Shown: piece by piece, positions 9,636 through 19,137 of the stretch
How the letters are laid out: every line of letters begins with the position of its first letter
Position numbering within the stretch: the stretch's first letter is position 1
Source of the DNA: a virus
IMG/VR virus record: IMGVR_UViG_3300044641_005643
Strand: one strand, 5' to 3'
Length of the DNA stretch: 64,000 nt
Position numbers and translations under genes: made by a program
Notes under the pieces: generated by a model
Seen by the model: the letters and a program-made list of their open reading frames with translations, nothing else
The model's database searches: none
What the model was told of the DNA's origin: nothing

Positions 9636-10565
9636 TTAATTTTTTGTTTTAATCTCACCAGATGTTTGTGATAATTTGATTGATTTCAGCTGCCCTGGTT
9701 TTTTAAATTCAATTATGGAAAAGGCCGGGTTGGCATCATAACTAAAAGTAGTTTCAAATCCTAAACTTTCTGCCATTGGTTGTAAAATTGTTTTGGGCAC
9801 ATATGTCATAAAGAAGTTTTCTGCATAGGCAGCAGCAGCAGGAAGATCGGCATTGTTGTATGTAAAAATAATTTTTCCGCCAGGGCGTAACCAATTCATT
9901 GCTTGATGCAAATACTGTTTGATACTATCTAAACTAAGATAGTTGAAATAGTTGTAGCTAAAAATTAGACCCAGCTGATTAGATGGCAAATTTACTATTT
10001 TACAGTTTTCTACAATTTTGTACTTTCTTACCCTGCCTTGATAAAGATCTGGAAATTGCTGAACAGCTGACACTAAAAATTCATCAAAAGAGTCGGCTAT
10101 GTACAGCGGATCGCTTGCAACCAAATATTTTGTCCATTCCCCATCTCTGCAACCAATCTCCAAAGCCGGATACTGCCAATTGCTGTATAAATTTATTCTT
10201 TGTTTTAAAGCCAATTCAAAAATTTCGTCTTGAGCAATTTTTCTAATATTTTTAACTGTTTCTATTGAATTGCATGTCAATTCTAATTCATAGTTGTTGG
10301 AAAATAGTTTTTTAGCAAGAAGGTTTATTTTTTCTTGAGCATGACTTAACAAGCTCAAGATGTTGGATGATGTTGTGTCTAGATATTGTTTTACGTTTTT
10401 GTGCTCGTCGGCAATGGCCAATAGTTGTTGTTGTATTTCAGAATCAACTTTGTCTGTTAAATTTATAAATCGTTGATAGTTTTTATCAATTTCCGTAACA
10501 ATCACAGAAGAATCATATGCTATCTGTAATTGATTACGAAAAGTAACAAGTTGTTCTAGATTCAT
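9636..10565 (-). CDS. class I SAM-dependent methyltransferase with N-terminal coiled coil
   Basis: LEIGCRDG motif I, LRPGG motif. Confidence 0.7.
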   Translation of the reverse strand: MNLEQLVTFRNQLQIAYDSSVIVTEIDKNYQRFINLTDKVDSEIQQQLLAIADEHKNVKQYLDTTSSNILSLLSHAQEKINLLAKKLFSNNYELELTCNSIETVKNIRKIAQDEIFELALKQRINLYSNWQYPALEIGCRDGEWTKYLVASDPLYIADSFDEFLVSAVQQFPDLYQGRVRKYKIVENCKIVNLPSNQLGLIFSYNYFNYLSLDSIKQYLHQAMNWLRPGGKIIFTYNNADLPAAAAYAENFFMTYVPKTILQPMAESLGFETTFSYDANPAFSIIEFKKPGQLKSIKLSQTSGEIKTKN

Positions 10566-10591
10566 CGAAGGCCATACTGTACAAAGATTAT

Positions 10592-13252
10592 TTATTCAAA
10601 CGTAAATAGGCTGTCAAATGTTGTTTTAATATCAGTATGCGAAGGAATATCCCACTCCAAAACTCCTAACAAGTTTTCCACTTTTTGATCCACAATAGTG
10701 CCTTCCATCTCTGAATCGTCAAATGGCAACTCTTTGAACCAAGCGGGCAAGTGTGTTTCGTCTGTGGGATAACCAACTGATGTATAACCAAGGGGATTGT
10801 CTTTGAGTTTGCACACAATAGTTTTCATACCATCCACAATGGCCATGCTGTAGTTGTCACTGTGCATTCTACGCAAATTGTTCCAGTTCATGGCAGCACG
10901 TACATGCCCGGGCATGTTGGCTCGACCCAGGCGTTCTTCTTCTTTGGTATATTTGGTCAAATTATTGACACGTTTAGGAGTACCTTTTTCCCAGGCCGGT
11001 CTATCTTGGAACGCAAGTTTAAAGTCTCTCACTTTGTTATAAACATGTTCTTGGGCTGAGCCTGTCAAGACATCAGTAAGCAAATCACTCAAGAAGTCCT
11101 GCACAACCTTGGGAGTGTCTGAACGCTTGAGATCCAGGCCCATGGCCTTGACCTTGCCTGGCTTGCCGTGTGTGTCTAATCTATGCCCTTCTAGATCATA
11201 TATGAGAACAGCGTATCGTTTCTTTTTTATAAACAATCCCTTACTTGCAACAAGTTCGCGTCCACCTTTAATAAGTTCGCCCATTGCTCTAGGCACGTGA
11301 CAAGCTCGCTCCATAAAGGCCGGGAAACTGGCATTGACTTGGTCGGCAATTGAATCATAGAGCTGGGCACAGATTTCTTTAGTCCATTCCATTCGCCCGG
11401 ATTCAACTTCTTCTCTAACTGCTGGCCAAGCTGTGAAATAACATGAATCAGTGTCGCCATAGATAATACTTTTACCGACATGGTCGTACTCTCCGAATAT
11501 GCACTCATTGATATACGCATCCATGTGTCTAGCGATGATCCGTCCAGTGAGCGTAGTACTTTGACCAATCCTTTTATCGAAAAATCTACAACCTGGATTG
11601 AGAATTGCTCCGTAGAGACTGTTAAGGTTAATCTTTTTGACAAGTTGTCGCTTGTCCCAGAACGCCTTGTCCTCATCTGTAGTGGCTTCTTTTTTCTTGG
11701 CTTGCAGTTCCTTACGTTCCGCATACCACCTTTCTAACAGTCCTGGTACAACTGCTTTTTGTTCATAACTAAAGATAGTTCCATTGGCACTCAACATCCA
11801 GGGTTGATTGCTGTCAAATATCATGCGCCAGACATCGGCAGCACTCATTACATCCGATCCACCTGCCTCCCAATCAACTGTGATTTCCGTGCCAATTTCG
11901 CCTGCCATCACAGCAGTATATTCAAGACTACCAAACATGTTTTCCCAGGCATCTGCAAAGCTTGACCCTGCAGCCATTTTGTCTTGAATATATCTGTCGG
12001 TCATTATGGGCCGGAGTTGCCCGACAATCGACTCTTGTGCCATGTTAAGAGCGCGGATCGCTGACGGGTAGAGACTGTTGATGTCGATTGCGCCGATCCA
12101 GTCGTGCATTCCTTTCTTGGGGAAAGCAACATAGGCACCTGCCGCTTGTGTGTCTCCTTGGTCATCTCTTCCTTTCCTGTTAGGTACAACCATACCTCGT
12201 TGATGTGCTTCATTGATAATTGCTTGCTCGGTTACTGCTACAGCTCCCATTGTGGTTGGAAGCAATACTGTATTATCATGTGCCAGTTCATTGGCTAGAT
12301 CTAGGAAACGCAGTTTCTTGTCTAGTTTAGCAACAAGCATGGTATCTTGCCTGTTGTAATCAATAAATTTAGGAAAGTCTTTGTTGTATAATTGGTCCAG
12401 TGTGCCTTCGTACTGTGTCTTGCGTTCTTCCAGTTCATATTCACCGATGGCATCCAGACTGTAACTGTGGCGTTCTTCGTATGTGTATTTGCGATACAGT
12501 TGCATATAGTCCATATGCACACGACCAATCAAGTCAAATGTGAGATTCTCTGCCCCAAAGCGTTCGAATGTTCTTTGTTTAGGCAGTTGCCCCCACAAGC
12601 AAAATCTACGTGTGTCGTCTTTGTTCAGCACTCGAGTCACACGCATGACCATATAGGGAATATCAAAGCCTTCCGAGTTCCAACCACTTAGTATGTCAGC
12701 GTCATCAATTATATCTAGAAAAGTATTGAGTAAGTCTTCTTCACGTTCAAAGAGAAAACAGTTGTCATACTGATTGCAAATTTCTTGTGCCGTTTCCCAA
12801 CTGTAACTCTTGGGTGGAACCACCAGTGTAACCAGTCGATCCATCCAGTCTAGATAAACACTTATTGCAGTAATAGGATTAAATGGATCCTCTGGCTTTG
12901 AGAAACCTCTTACCGGATCAAAATCTACCTCAATATCGAAAAAAGCAGTTTGTAGTTTAGGAGATTCTGCACCTAGATAATGTTCTTCTAGACATCGGAA
13001 CACTGGATTGATATCTGATTCCCAGACACGCTTGTTGCTATTGATGCGTAATTCTTTTTGAAATTCTTTATTCGAACGACATGAAAACCTACTAACAGGA
13101 GTACCATAAACAGTACGAAATTTTCCGCGAGGGTCATCGTAGTAAAAGATATAGCTGGCCGGATATTCTTTATAACGTCGTTCTCCGCCAACACGTTCTA
13201 CAATGTGGATACAATCCTGGTTACGATCATATAAAGCATCAATATAGCTCAT
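10592..13252 (-). CDS. family B DNA polymerase (T4 gp43-like)
   Basis: ExoI FDIE, ExoII GWNSEGFD, DINSLYPS, KINLNSLYG, YGDTDS, KKRYA. Confidence 0.97.
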   Translation of the reverse strand: MSYIDALYDRNQDCIHIVERVGGERRYKEYPASYIFYYDDPRGKFRTVYGTPVSRFSCRSNKEFQKELRINSNKRVWESDINPVFRCLEEHYLGAESPKLQTAFFDIEVDFDPVRGFSKPEDPFNPITAISVYLDWMDRLVTLVVPPKSYSWETAQEICNQYDNCFLFEREEDLLNTFLDIIDDADILSGWNSEGFDIPYMVMRVTRVLNKDDTRRFCLWGQLPKQRTFERFGAENLTFDLIGRVHMDYMQLYRKYTYEERHSYSLDAIGEYELEERKTQYEGTLDQLYNKDFPKFIDYNRQDTMLVAKLDKKLRFLDLANELAHDNTVLLPTTMGAVAVTEQAIINEAHQRGMVVPNRKGRDDQGDTQAAGAYVAFPKKGMHDWIGAIDINSLYPSAIRALNMAQESIVGQLRPIMTDRYIQDKMAAGSSFADAWENMFGSLEYTAVMAGEIGTEITVDWEAGGSDVMSAADVWRMIFDSNQPWMLSANGTIFSYEQKAVVPGLLERWYAERKELQAKKKEATTDEDKAFWDKRQLVKKINLNSLYGAILNPGCRFFDKRIGQSTTLTGRIIARHMDAYINECIFGEYDHVGKSIIYGDTDSCYFTAWPAVREEVESGRMEWTKEICAQLYDSIADQVNASFPAFMERACHVPRAMGELIKGGRELVASKGLFIKKKRYAVLIYDLEGHRLDTHGKPGKVKAMGLDLKRSDTPKVVQDFLSDLLTDVLTGSAQEHVYNKVRDFKLAFQDRPAWEKGTPKRVNNLTKYTKEEERLGRANMPGHVRAAMNWNNLRRMHSDNYSMAIVDGMKTIVCKLKDNPLGYTSVGYPTDETHLPAWFKELPFDDSEMEGTIVDQKVENLLGVLEWDIPSHTDIKTTFDSLFTFE

Positions 13253-13257
13253 AGTTT

Positions 13258-13286
13258 ATTTTATTTTTTGTTAATAAAAAAGTCAA
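13258..13286 (-). promoter_or_regulatory. sigma70-type promoter 5 nt before the DNA polymerase ATG
   Basis: TTGACT-N17-TAAAAT-N5-ATG, no Shine-Dalgarno. Confidence 0.6.
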
Positions 13287-13395
13287 ACAGTTTTTCACAA
13301 CAAACAGCTACACGCAAACCAAGCCACATGCAACCAATAATACATATACCTAACAATGCCCAATAAAAAATTATTTCAAATAGAATCATCAACAT
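13261..13395 (-). CDS. possible 44-aa membrane peptide
   Basis: MLMILFEIIFYWALLGICIIGCMWLG...; fills an intergenic gap; below the ORF-track cutoff. Confidence 0.35.
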   Translation of the reverse strand: MLMILFEIIFYWALLGICIIGCMWLGLRVAVCCEKLFDFFINKK

Positions 13396-13456
13396 TAGGT
13401 CAATAGCCTCGCCCAATCATCTCTAATGCATGCTAATATAATATATACAACATCAA

Positions 13457-13717
13457 TCAAAGAGTTTTACCTACAGTTTGAAGAATAGTGTTCAGTTCTT
13501 CGTTGTCGGCGTTTTCTTCGCCCAGTTTTGATTTGAATGCAGTACGTATCGCTTTTTTAAGAATAGCAGGCTTGATTTCCATTTCTTCTGCTACTGCTTT
13601 AATTGTGTCGCTCAGGCCGGCATTGAGATCTTCAACTTCTTGCATGATAGTCATGCCTTCATTGATGATTTGTGTAAGTTTGGCTTTTTGTTCTGCAGAG
13701 AACATTCTTGAACTCAT
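13457..13717 (-). CDS. DsbA-like dsDNA-binding / transcription protein
   Basis: helical pattern typical of T4-like DsbA family; AGGAG RBS and own promoter (TTGTAT-N17-TATAAT, 13743-13771). Confidence 0.55.
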   Translation of the reverse strand: MSSRMFSAEQKAKLTQIINEGMTIMQEVEDLNAGLSDTIKAVAEEMEIKPAILKKAIRTAFKSKLGEENADNEELNTILQTVGKTL

Positions 13718-13780
13718 AATATCTCCTGGATAATGTTTGATTATTATAAACTACAAATAGGGAAAATACAAGAAAATTTT

Positions 13781-13853
13781 GCTCACTTTAACTCTTGGGG
13801 CACGACTCCTTTGAGTAGCGCAGCAGCCGCGCACACCGGTCCTAAGGGTGTTC
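13781..13853 (-). ncRNA. candidate structured RNA (three hairpins, possible pseudoknot); strand uncertain
   Basis: GC-rich intergenic island; ACACC/GGUGU, GCGCGG/CUGCGC, ACUC/GAGU stems. Confidence 0.4.
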
Positions 13854-14047
13854 TATTTTTTTGATTCGCAGATTCTGGTTCTTTCTAATGTGCCATCTGG
13901 CCTAGTTTCTTCTCGCCATTCAGTACAAATCTGTGTTTCTGTTTTGGGTTTTTCTGGTACCAATCGATCCACTGTATAACTGGCAGTCATCCAGCCCATG
14001 GCACTGAAGAAACCCCACACTATCATGTATGGTACTTCACCTAACAT
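13853..14047 (-). CDS. small membrane-anchored protein
   Basis: N-terminal TM segment, C-terminal Cys pair. Confidence 0.55.
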   Translation of the reverse strand: MLGEVPYMIVWGFFSAMGWMTASYTVDRLVPEKPKTETQICTEWREETRPDGTLERTRICESKK

Positions 14048-14615
14048 CTGCTATTTTCTTTTTGATGATTTCAATCACGTGATCATTAAGTACAACTTCA
14101 TAATGATTACATTCCAGTTCGATTAATTCCATGATGTCGGCTCTATGACTTTGACTGGCAATAGTAACCACACCATCGTTTAGTGCTGATATCCAGGGTG
14201 CCGATCCGGTTGTGGTCACAATGTTGGTCCATGGACGATGTAGATCAAATGCGTGTGCTTTTTTCATGGCCCACGAATTGGGACCGATGTCTTTTAGTAA
14301 TCTACTGTACGGTAAGAAATATTTTGCAACATCTGCAGATTCAGCACCACCGTATGGCGTACTTAATGTTACCGCACCCAGCACTTGATCTGCGAATTCT
14401 TGTGCCAAGTGCAGTGCGTATATACCACCCAGACTGTGACAAATAAAAAACATGTCTCGTTGAGCACTTAGTAGCTCCTTCATGTTCTCTAAATTTTTCT
14501 CAAAGCCATTTCTGCTGTCATAATTGATCAACAGCGTTTTGCCTTTGATTTGTCGTCTGATGTAGTTAAAACTTTCACTGGTGGCACTGGCACCGTGAAT
14601 ATAAACTAAAAGCAT
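14037..14615 (-). CDS. alpha/beta hydrolase
   Basis: HG oxyanion motif, CHSLGG nucleophile elbow, NDGVV, distal H. Confidence 0.85.
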   Translation of the reverse strand: MLLVYIHGASATSESFNYIRRQIKGKTLLINYDSRNGFEKNLENMKELLSAQRDMFFICHSLGGIYALHLAQEFADQVLGAVTLSTPYGGAESADVAKYFLPYSRLLKDIGPNSWAMKKAHAFDLHRPWTNIVTTTGSAPWISALNDGVVTIASQSHRADIMELIELECNHYEVVLNDHVIEIIKKKIADVR

Positions 14616-14621
14616 GATAGA

Positions 14622-15056
14622 TTATGTAAGCGTGGATCTCAGCATCCAACTGTGTTTGGCATGAGCATCTTGCCTGCTGGCCAAGAAATCACTGAGGCCG
14701 TGTTTGCCTAGTTCTTCGGCTGCACGGAATACGATGCGGAACATTTCTTCCAATTTATCACTGTCTTGCAACAACTCTACTAGCATTGATTCGGCTGGTA
14801 GCACTTCAGTTTCATCGTCGATCATGCTCAAGATGCTGAATCTAGTGAATGAACCTGGTGTGTAAGTGCCAGTGGCCCTAATTTCCTCTGCAAACTTGTC
14901 TATGCTACCATAGACTTCTTCGTAGATGTTAGCAAACAGTTCATGATATTGTGGAAAGTTGGGTCCTTCCACATTCCAGTGAAAATAGTGGGCTTTTAGA
15001 TAAAAAGCATATTCACTAGCAAATGCAATTTTGAGAGCGCGATGTAATGAGTCCAT
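14622..15056 (-). CDS. dps: Dps (ferritin-like DNA protection protein)
   Basis: HYFHWNVEG, HELF, DKFAEEIR, WMLRS. Confidence 0.93.
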   Translation of the reverse strand: MDSLHRALKIAFASEYAFYLKAHYFHWNVEGPNFPQYHELFANIYEEVYGSIDKFAEEIRATGTYTPGSFTRFSILSMIDDETEVLPAESMLVELLQDSDKLEEMFRIVFRAAEELGKHGLSDFLASRQDAHAKHSWMLRSTLT

Positions 15057-15064
15057 ACCTGTAT

Positions 15065-15214
15065 TTATCTGCCCTGTCCTCTATTGGGTTTGAAGCCACG
15101 GCGATAGCTCTTGTTCATGGTGCTGGTTTTTGGTCTCAGTCCGCCAACGTGAGTGCGTTTGACCACATGATCGATTGCAGGTTTGCCTGTTGCAGTTCCT
15201 TTCGCTTTTGCCAT
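15065..15214 (-). CDS. 49-aa basic protein ending in RGQGR
   Basis: MAKAKGTATGKPAIDH...NKSYRRGFKPNRGQGR; GGAG RBS; not in the ORF track. Confidence 0.7.
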   Translation of the reverse strand: MAKAKGTATGKPAIDHVVKRTHVGGLRPKTSTMNKSYRRGFKPNRGQGR

Positions 15215-15232
15215 TTTGTTCTCCGACTTAGG

Positions 15233-15916
15233 TTACTTAAAAGCTTGACTTTTACCATAATCATCTTTATGATTACTGGTCTTTTCATACATCACTGTAT
15301 CTGTGTCTCCCAGGCGCCATTTGGGATTTTGTTCTACCACATACTTGCGAGTACAAACTCGAAAATCAGGAAACTTCATGTCTGTAGGATTACTGGCAGC
15401 ATCAAAGAACAAACAACGATTGTTGGGCTGTGCTGCATACTGTCCATTATCTAGTTCTATAAAGTTAAAACTTTTGTGATCTTCGGGCCATTCACTGTAG
15501 CCAGTGTCTATAATGTTATGATCCGGGTGTGCATTATCTACGGTAAACAAATAATTACCCGAATACATTTGTTTGTCTTTGGCGTAAAACTTACAACTTA
15601 AATTCTTTAAAAAGGCTTTTTGAATTATAGCAATATCGTAATCAAAACAGTCCCATATTTGTAAAGAGTCTAGAGGTAAAAAATTCTGTGTGTCAAGATT
15701 CTCTGTGCGTGATACAAACGCATGCAAAGGTAGTTTGTCATAAAGTGCGCCATAGTTGGGTAGATATGCTTCTATTCTAAATGCCTGCCCTCTGATACTT
15801 TTTAAAGTGATCCAGATGCAAGGCTCGTATTCTCCGTGTCCTCGTTCGAAGTCATAAAGAAACTCTCGTCGAATGTACGAATGTATTGGTGGTAAGTTAG
15901 CTACTAAAAAACTCAT
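15233..15916 (-). CDS. conserved phage hypothetical protein
   Basis: 227-aa ORF with QIWDCF and GQYAAQPNNR motifs. Confidence 0.75.
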   Translation of the reverse strand: MSFLVANLPPIHSYIRREFLYDFERGHGEYEPCIWITLKSIRGQAFRIEAYLPNYGALYDKLPLHAFVSRTENLDTQNFLPLDSLQIWDCFDYDIAIIQKAFLKNLSCKFYAKDKQMYSGNYLFTVDNAHPDHNIIDTGYSEWPEDHKSFNFIELDNGQYAAQPNNRCLFFDAASNPTDMKFPDFRVCTRKYVVEQNPKWRLGDTDTVMYEKTSNHKDDYGKSQAFK

Positions 15917-15925
15917 TGATTGAAC

Positions 15926-16501
15926 TCATGGTTGTTGATCTTGATCAGATTGCATTCTACGAATAATGCTGGAATTTTGTCTTGCAGGATCTATGTAATT
16001 TTTGATTTCTTGATCGGCAAATGCTTTAGGATCTTGTAACAATTTACCTGCTGTAAATACCTTGCCTAAAAAGTCAAGACCTTTTCTCAAATTGCTAGGC
16101 GGTTGTTGATCTTGCGGTTGTAATTCTGGAATACCTTGTTCCTTCATGGAACGAGTTTTTGTGGCCACATTCTTGGCAGCTCCACGACGTTCTGGATTGG
16201 GATCTTCTCTACGCTTTTTTGCAGCACTACTGGCACGACCTTTTTTGCCTAGGCCGTGTGCTTTGCTAGCAGGTAGGCATTTTGGTTTGCCCTCGCTTGA
16301 ATCTCTGCCGCCACATTCGCCGCGGATCTTACCATCCGGACCAAAGCGTACCCATTTTTCTTTAAACCATTTTTTGAGATCTTCTTCCAGCTCTTGTTCG
16401 CTCATCTTGACACAATTGGGAACCATGCGGTCGCCCTTTTTCTTCATACCAAGCTGTCGATAACCTTCCCAACAAGATTCTAGCAGTTCTCTATATTTCA
16501 T
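15926..16501 (-). CDS. putative capsid-targeted internal protein with Cys-paired basic modules
   Basis: N-terminal MKYRELLE; modules CWEGY...VPNCVK and WFKEKWV...KPKCLP. Confidence 0.55.
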   Translation of the reverse strand: MKYRELLESCWEGYRQLGMKKKGDRMVPNCVKMSEQELEEDLKKWFKEKWVRFGPDGKIRGECGGRDSSEGKPKCLPASKAHGLGKKGRASSAAKKRREDPNPERRGAAKNVATKTRSMKEQGIPELQPQDQQPPSNLRKGLDFLGKVFTAGKLLQDPKAFADQEIKNYIDPARQNSSIIRRMQSDQDQQP

Positions 16502-16509
16502 TTAATGTC

Positions 16510-16899
16510 TCATTGAGCTTGTGCAGGGACTGCAACAGTAAATTCGCCGCCCACAGGTTGATCAAATCTCCAACCTTTTTGTCTAAACATGTTGTAGTAA
16601 GGACCAATCACTTTGCTGACATTTTGAGGGCTTACAACTCCTTCCATATCAGCATATTGTGTATCCATGGTACCTGGATGACCTTGAATCACAGTCACCG
16701 ATCCGTCTTGATTGACTTTGCTATAAAACCCCCGTTCCCCTGGAGTGGTGCTAAAATAACTGTTCAATTTGTCAACAATTTCTTCGGCGTATTTGCCTGT
16801 GGCTTGTGGATCAACTTGCATATCGGCAGGTGGCACATCCTCGGCCATGGAAGCCTGTTCAATCAAATCAGCATATTTTCTAAAAAATCTTGGATCCAC
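16510..16899 (-). CDS. hypothetical (possible internal virion) protein
   Basis: GTG start after GAGGA; N-terminal ...ADLIE. Confidence 0.6.
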   Translation of the reverse strand: MDPRFFRKYADLIEQASMAEDVPPADMQVDPQATGKYAEEIVDKLNSYFSTTPGERGFYSKVNQDGSVTVIQGHPGTMDTQYADMEGVVSPQNVSKVIGPYYNMFRQKGWRFDQPVGGEFTVAVPAQAQ

Positions 16900-16914
16900 A
16901 ATTGTTCCTCTAAC

Positions 16915-17712
16915 TTATTTTTTACTCTTGTTGCCCCAGTTCTTTGCACCCACTTTGCGGCAGCGTACTAATGCACCGGATGCATAGGCCGACGGCCATA
17001 CTTTGTAACGACTTTTTACTTTGTGATAGCAGGCATCTTGCTTCTCTGCCAACATCTTGTCTTCATATGCAAGACCTCCGCACTCGGGACATAATGTTGC
17101 ACGTTCGGTCACAATATCGTAACCGGCACGACGCATTTCTTCTAAATATCGTTCTACGCCTTCCGCCACACCTTGCTGACCGTGTGACATAAGCCAACCT
17201 TGGTTAGTGCCCATGTGGAATTCACCAATAGTCTCACCGTCCCAGCTTTGTGCTACCATACGAACTCTATCCCGCTGTGGGTATATTTCACCACCTGCTG
17301 CGGCGACTTCATCACTCCAACGATCATAATCGTTATGCTTAGTAACTCCTGTATTCTCTTTAACAGGTTTTTTATCCTGCTTTTCTTTTTTTATATCTTT
17401 AATACTTTTTTCGTTATAACCAGCAATAGCGTCAAGTTCTTGTTTAGAAAGTTTTTTAGTCCAGCCTGGTTCGTTATATGGTTGTGGTTTTTTTACATTT
17501 GCTTCGGCTACTTTATATTTCTTTTTAATTTCTGCTTGTGTCGCAATACGCTTGGCATCATCCTCAATGTCATATGATGTTTTTAATTCTTTATAATAGT
17601 CGGGGTCAGGCAGGCCGCTCTTTTTCCTTAGTTCTTGATGACGGCGGTGTAGCCGATCTTGCACAGAGCCTTCTGTTATTTTTTTATTTTCAAAGAGATC
17701 ATTAACGAACAT
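16915..17712 (-). CDS. putative capsid-targeted modular internal protein
   Basis: N-terminal MFVNDLFE; repeated ITE/VAE/VKE/LAE sites; C-terminal DACYHKVK...SAYASGALVRCRK module. Confidence 0.55.
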   Translation of the reverse strand: MFVNDLFENKKITEGSVQDRLHRRHQELRKKSGLPDPDYYKELKTSYDIEDDAKRIATQAEIKKKYKVAEANVKKPQPYNEPGWTKKLSKQELDAIAGYNEKSIKDIKKEKQDKKPVKENTGVTKHNDYDRWSDEVAAAGGEIYPQRDRVRMVAQSWDGETIGEFHMGTNQGWLMSHGQQGVAEGVERYLEEMRRAGYDIVTERATLCPECGGLAYEDKMLAEKQDACYHKVKSRYKVWPSAYASGALVRCRKVGAKNWGNKSKK

Positions 17713-17713
17713 T

Positions 17714-18214
17714 TTAAATGGCCTGTTGTCTAAGTTGCGCTATCTGTGAGGATAGTGCTTCAATTTGTTGTTTTACTCCAACTTTTTGTGCTTGCATTTG
17801 TTGCAGGCTCATGGCCTTTTCCACAGGATTGGCACCTTGCGGGAAACCTTTGTTGAGGTCCGCCAGCTGGGCGCGAGCACCTTGTAGTTGAGATACCAGT
17901 CCGACTATTTGATCTTTGATCTGTTGTTTGCCGGCTCGCATCTGTTCTTTGGCGGCTTTGTCTTCAGCTGCACCTGGCTCACCTGAAATACCAGATCCTG
18001 GGGCACCGTATTCCATGAATTGTTTGCGTAGCACTGACTCAATATCTTCTTCCATACTCTCAGCTGCTCCGCCATCACCTACCATTTTACTGCGTGATTT
18101 TTTAGCACTATCAGTACCCCGCCAATAGCCAGGCCATTTGGGACCAGTAGGCTTGCGCTCGGCTGCACTCATGGCATCCATTTTTTCCAACAGATTTTTG
18201 ATATTGCTCATCAA
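17714..18214 (-). CDS. hypothetical coiled-coil protein (possible internal virion protein)
   Basis: Q-rich C-terminal heptads. Confidence 0.6.
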   Translation of the reverse strand: MMSNIKNLLEKMDAMSAAERKPTGPKWPGYWRGTDSAKKSRSKMVGDGGAAESMEEDIESVLRKQFMEYGAPGSGISGEPGAAEDKAAKEQMRAGKQQIKDQIVGLVSQLQGARAQLADLNKGFPQGANPVEKAMSLQQMQAQKVGVKQQIEALSSQIAQLRQQAI

Positions 18215-18675
18215 TATACGCCTTTACCTACCTCAACTTTTTTAGGCTTGTAGGCATTGCCAACTTTTTTAGGCACACCAGATGTCTTTTTGTTTGCAGG
18301 GCCAGTCATTGATGTAGCTACTGCTCCGGCACTGCTTGCACCACCCGTGGCCATTTCATTAATCATTTTGTCAAGTGCATAATCAGCAGCCGCTTCTGCA
18401 AACGGCATCATCTCTGGTTCTTGACTCACAGCTTCGTATTTTAAATAATCTTGAACACTTTCCAAATATTCGCTAGCCACAGCAATTTTGGTTTGTACCC
18501 ATCCTTCTAGGCCTTCCATTTCGCTTACATCTTTTAACAAACGGTGGATTTGAATGGCTGCTTGTGCTGCGCTGTACAACTGACTACGAGCCATTTGCAC
18601 TTCGTGGTCTCGGTGCATGTCGTCAGCTTCCTGAGCAATAATGCTATTCTCTACAATAAATTCTGTTGGTTTCAT
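18211..18675 (-). CDS. putative internal head protein
   Basis: N-terminal MKPTEFIVE resembles T4 internal-protein capsid targeting sequences; TAAATA upstream. Confidence 0.55.
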   Translation of the reverse strand: MKPTEFIVENSIIAQEADDMHRDHEVQMARSQLYSAAQAAIQIHRLLKDVSEMEGLEGWVQTKIAVASEYLESVQDYLKYEAVSQEPEMMPFAEAAADYALDKMINEMATGGASSAGAVATSMTGPANKKTSGVPKKVGNAYKPKKVEVGKGVY

Positions 18676-18684
18676 AATAATTTC

Positions 18685-19137
18685 CTAGGTTTTAATATTT
18701 ATTTTTTTGTTAAGAAGCCGGCTTTTCTGAATCAGTGGAAGATAGGTTTCGTAGGTTTTTTTAACTGGTCTATCTTTGTGTCTTAATTCCAAAATTTCGC
18801 CAGAAGCTGTTGTTGTATTTTGATTTGGATTTACTCTATCTAAAACAAAATTCCAGGTGTATCCTTTATCAGTTGATCTCAAAAAATTTGGCTGTACAAT
18901 ATTGCCATTAACCTTAAAGTTTTTCAACTCAAACATACTAAGGTCTTTATCTGTGTCAAGTTTTAATATATGAATGCCTGGGCCTAGCAAACAAAAGATG
19001 TTTTCATGTATGTAATGATTCTTTGACGACCAATGGAAGGTTCTTTCAGCGAACAACTCATCATCAACATATAATCTATAAATTGGCGGATTTTCGTACC
19101 AATTACAATGAACTTCTAATTCTAGTTTGCTTTCCAT
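18685..19137 (-). CDS. hypothetical beta-rich protein
   Basis: 150-aa AT-rich ORF; pattern similar to 20072..20554. Confidence 0.55.
   Translation of the reverse strand: MESKLELEVHCNWYENPPIYRLYVDDELFAERTFHWSSKNHYIHENIFCLLGPGIHILKLDTDKDLSMFELKNFKVNGNIVQPNFLRSTDKGYTWNFVLDRVNPNQNTTTASGEILELRHKDRPVKKTYETYLPLIQKSRLLNKKINIKT

Noticed and set aside
10592-13252. Intein or intron in the DNA polymerase
   Set aside because: Continuous 886-aa frame with normal motif spacing
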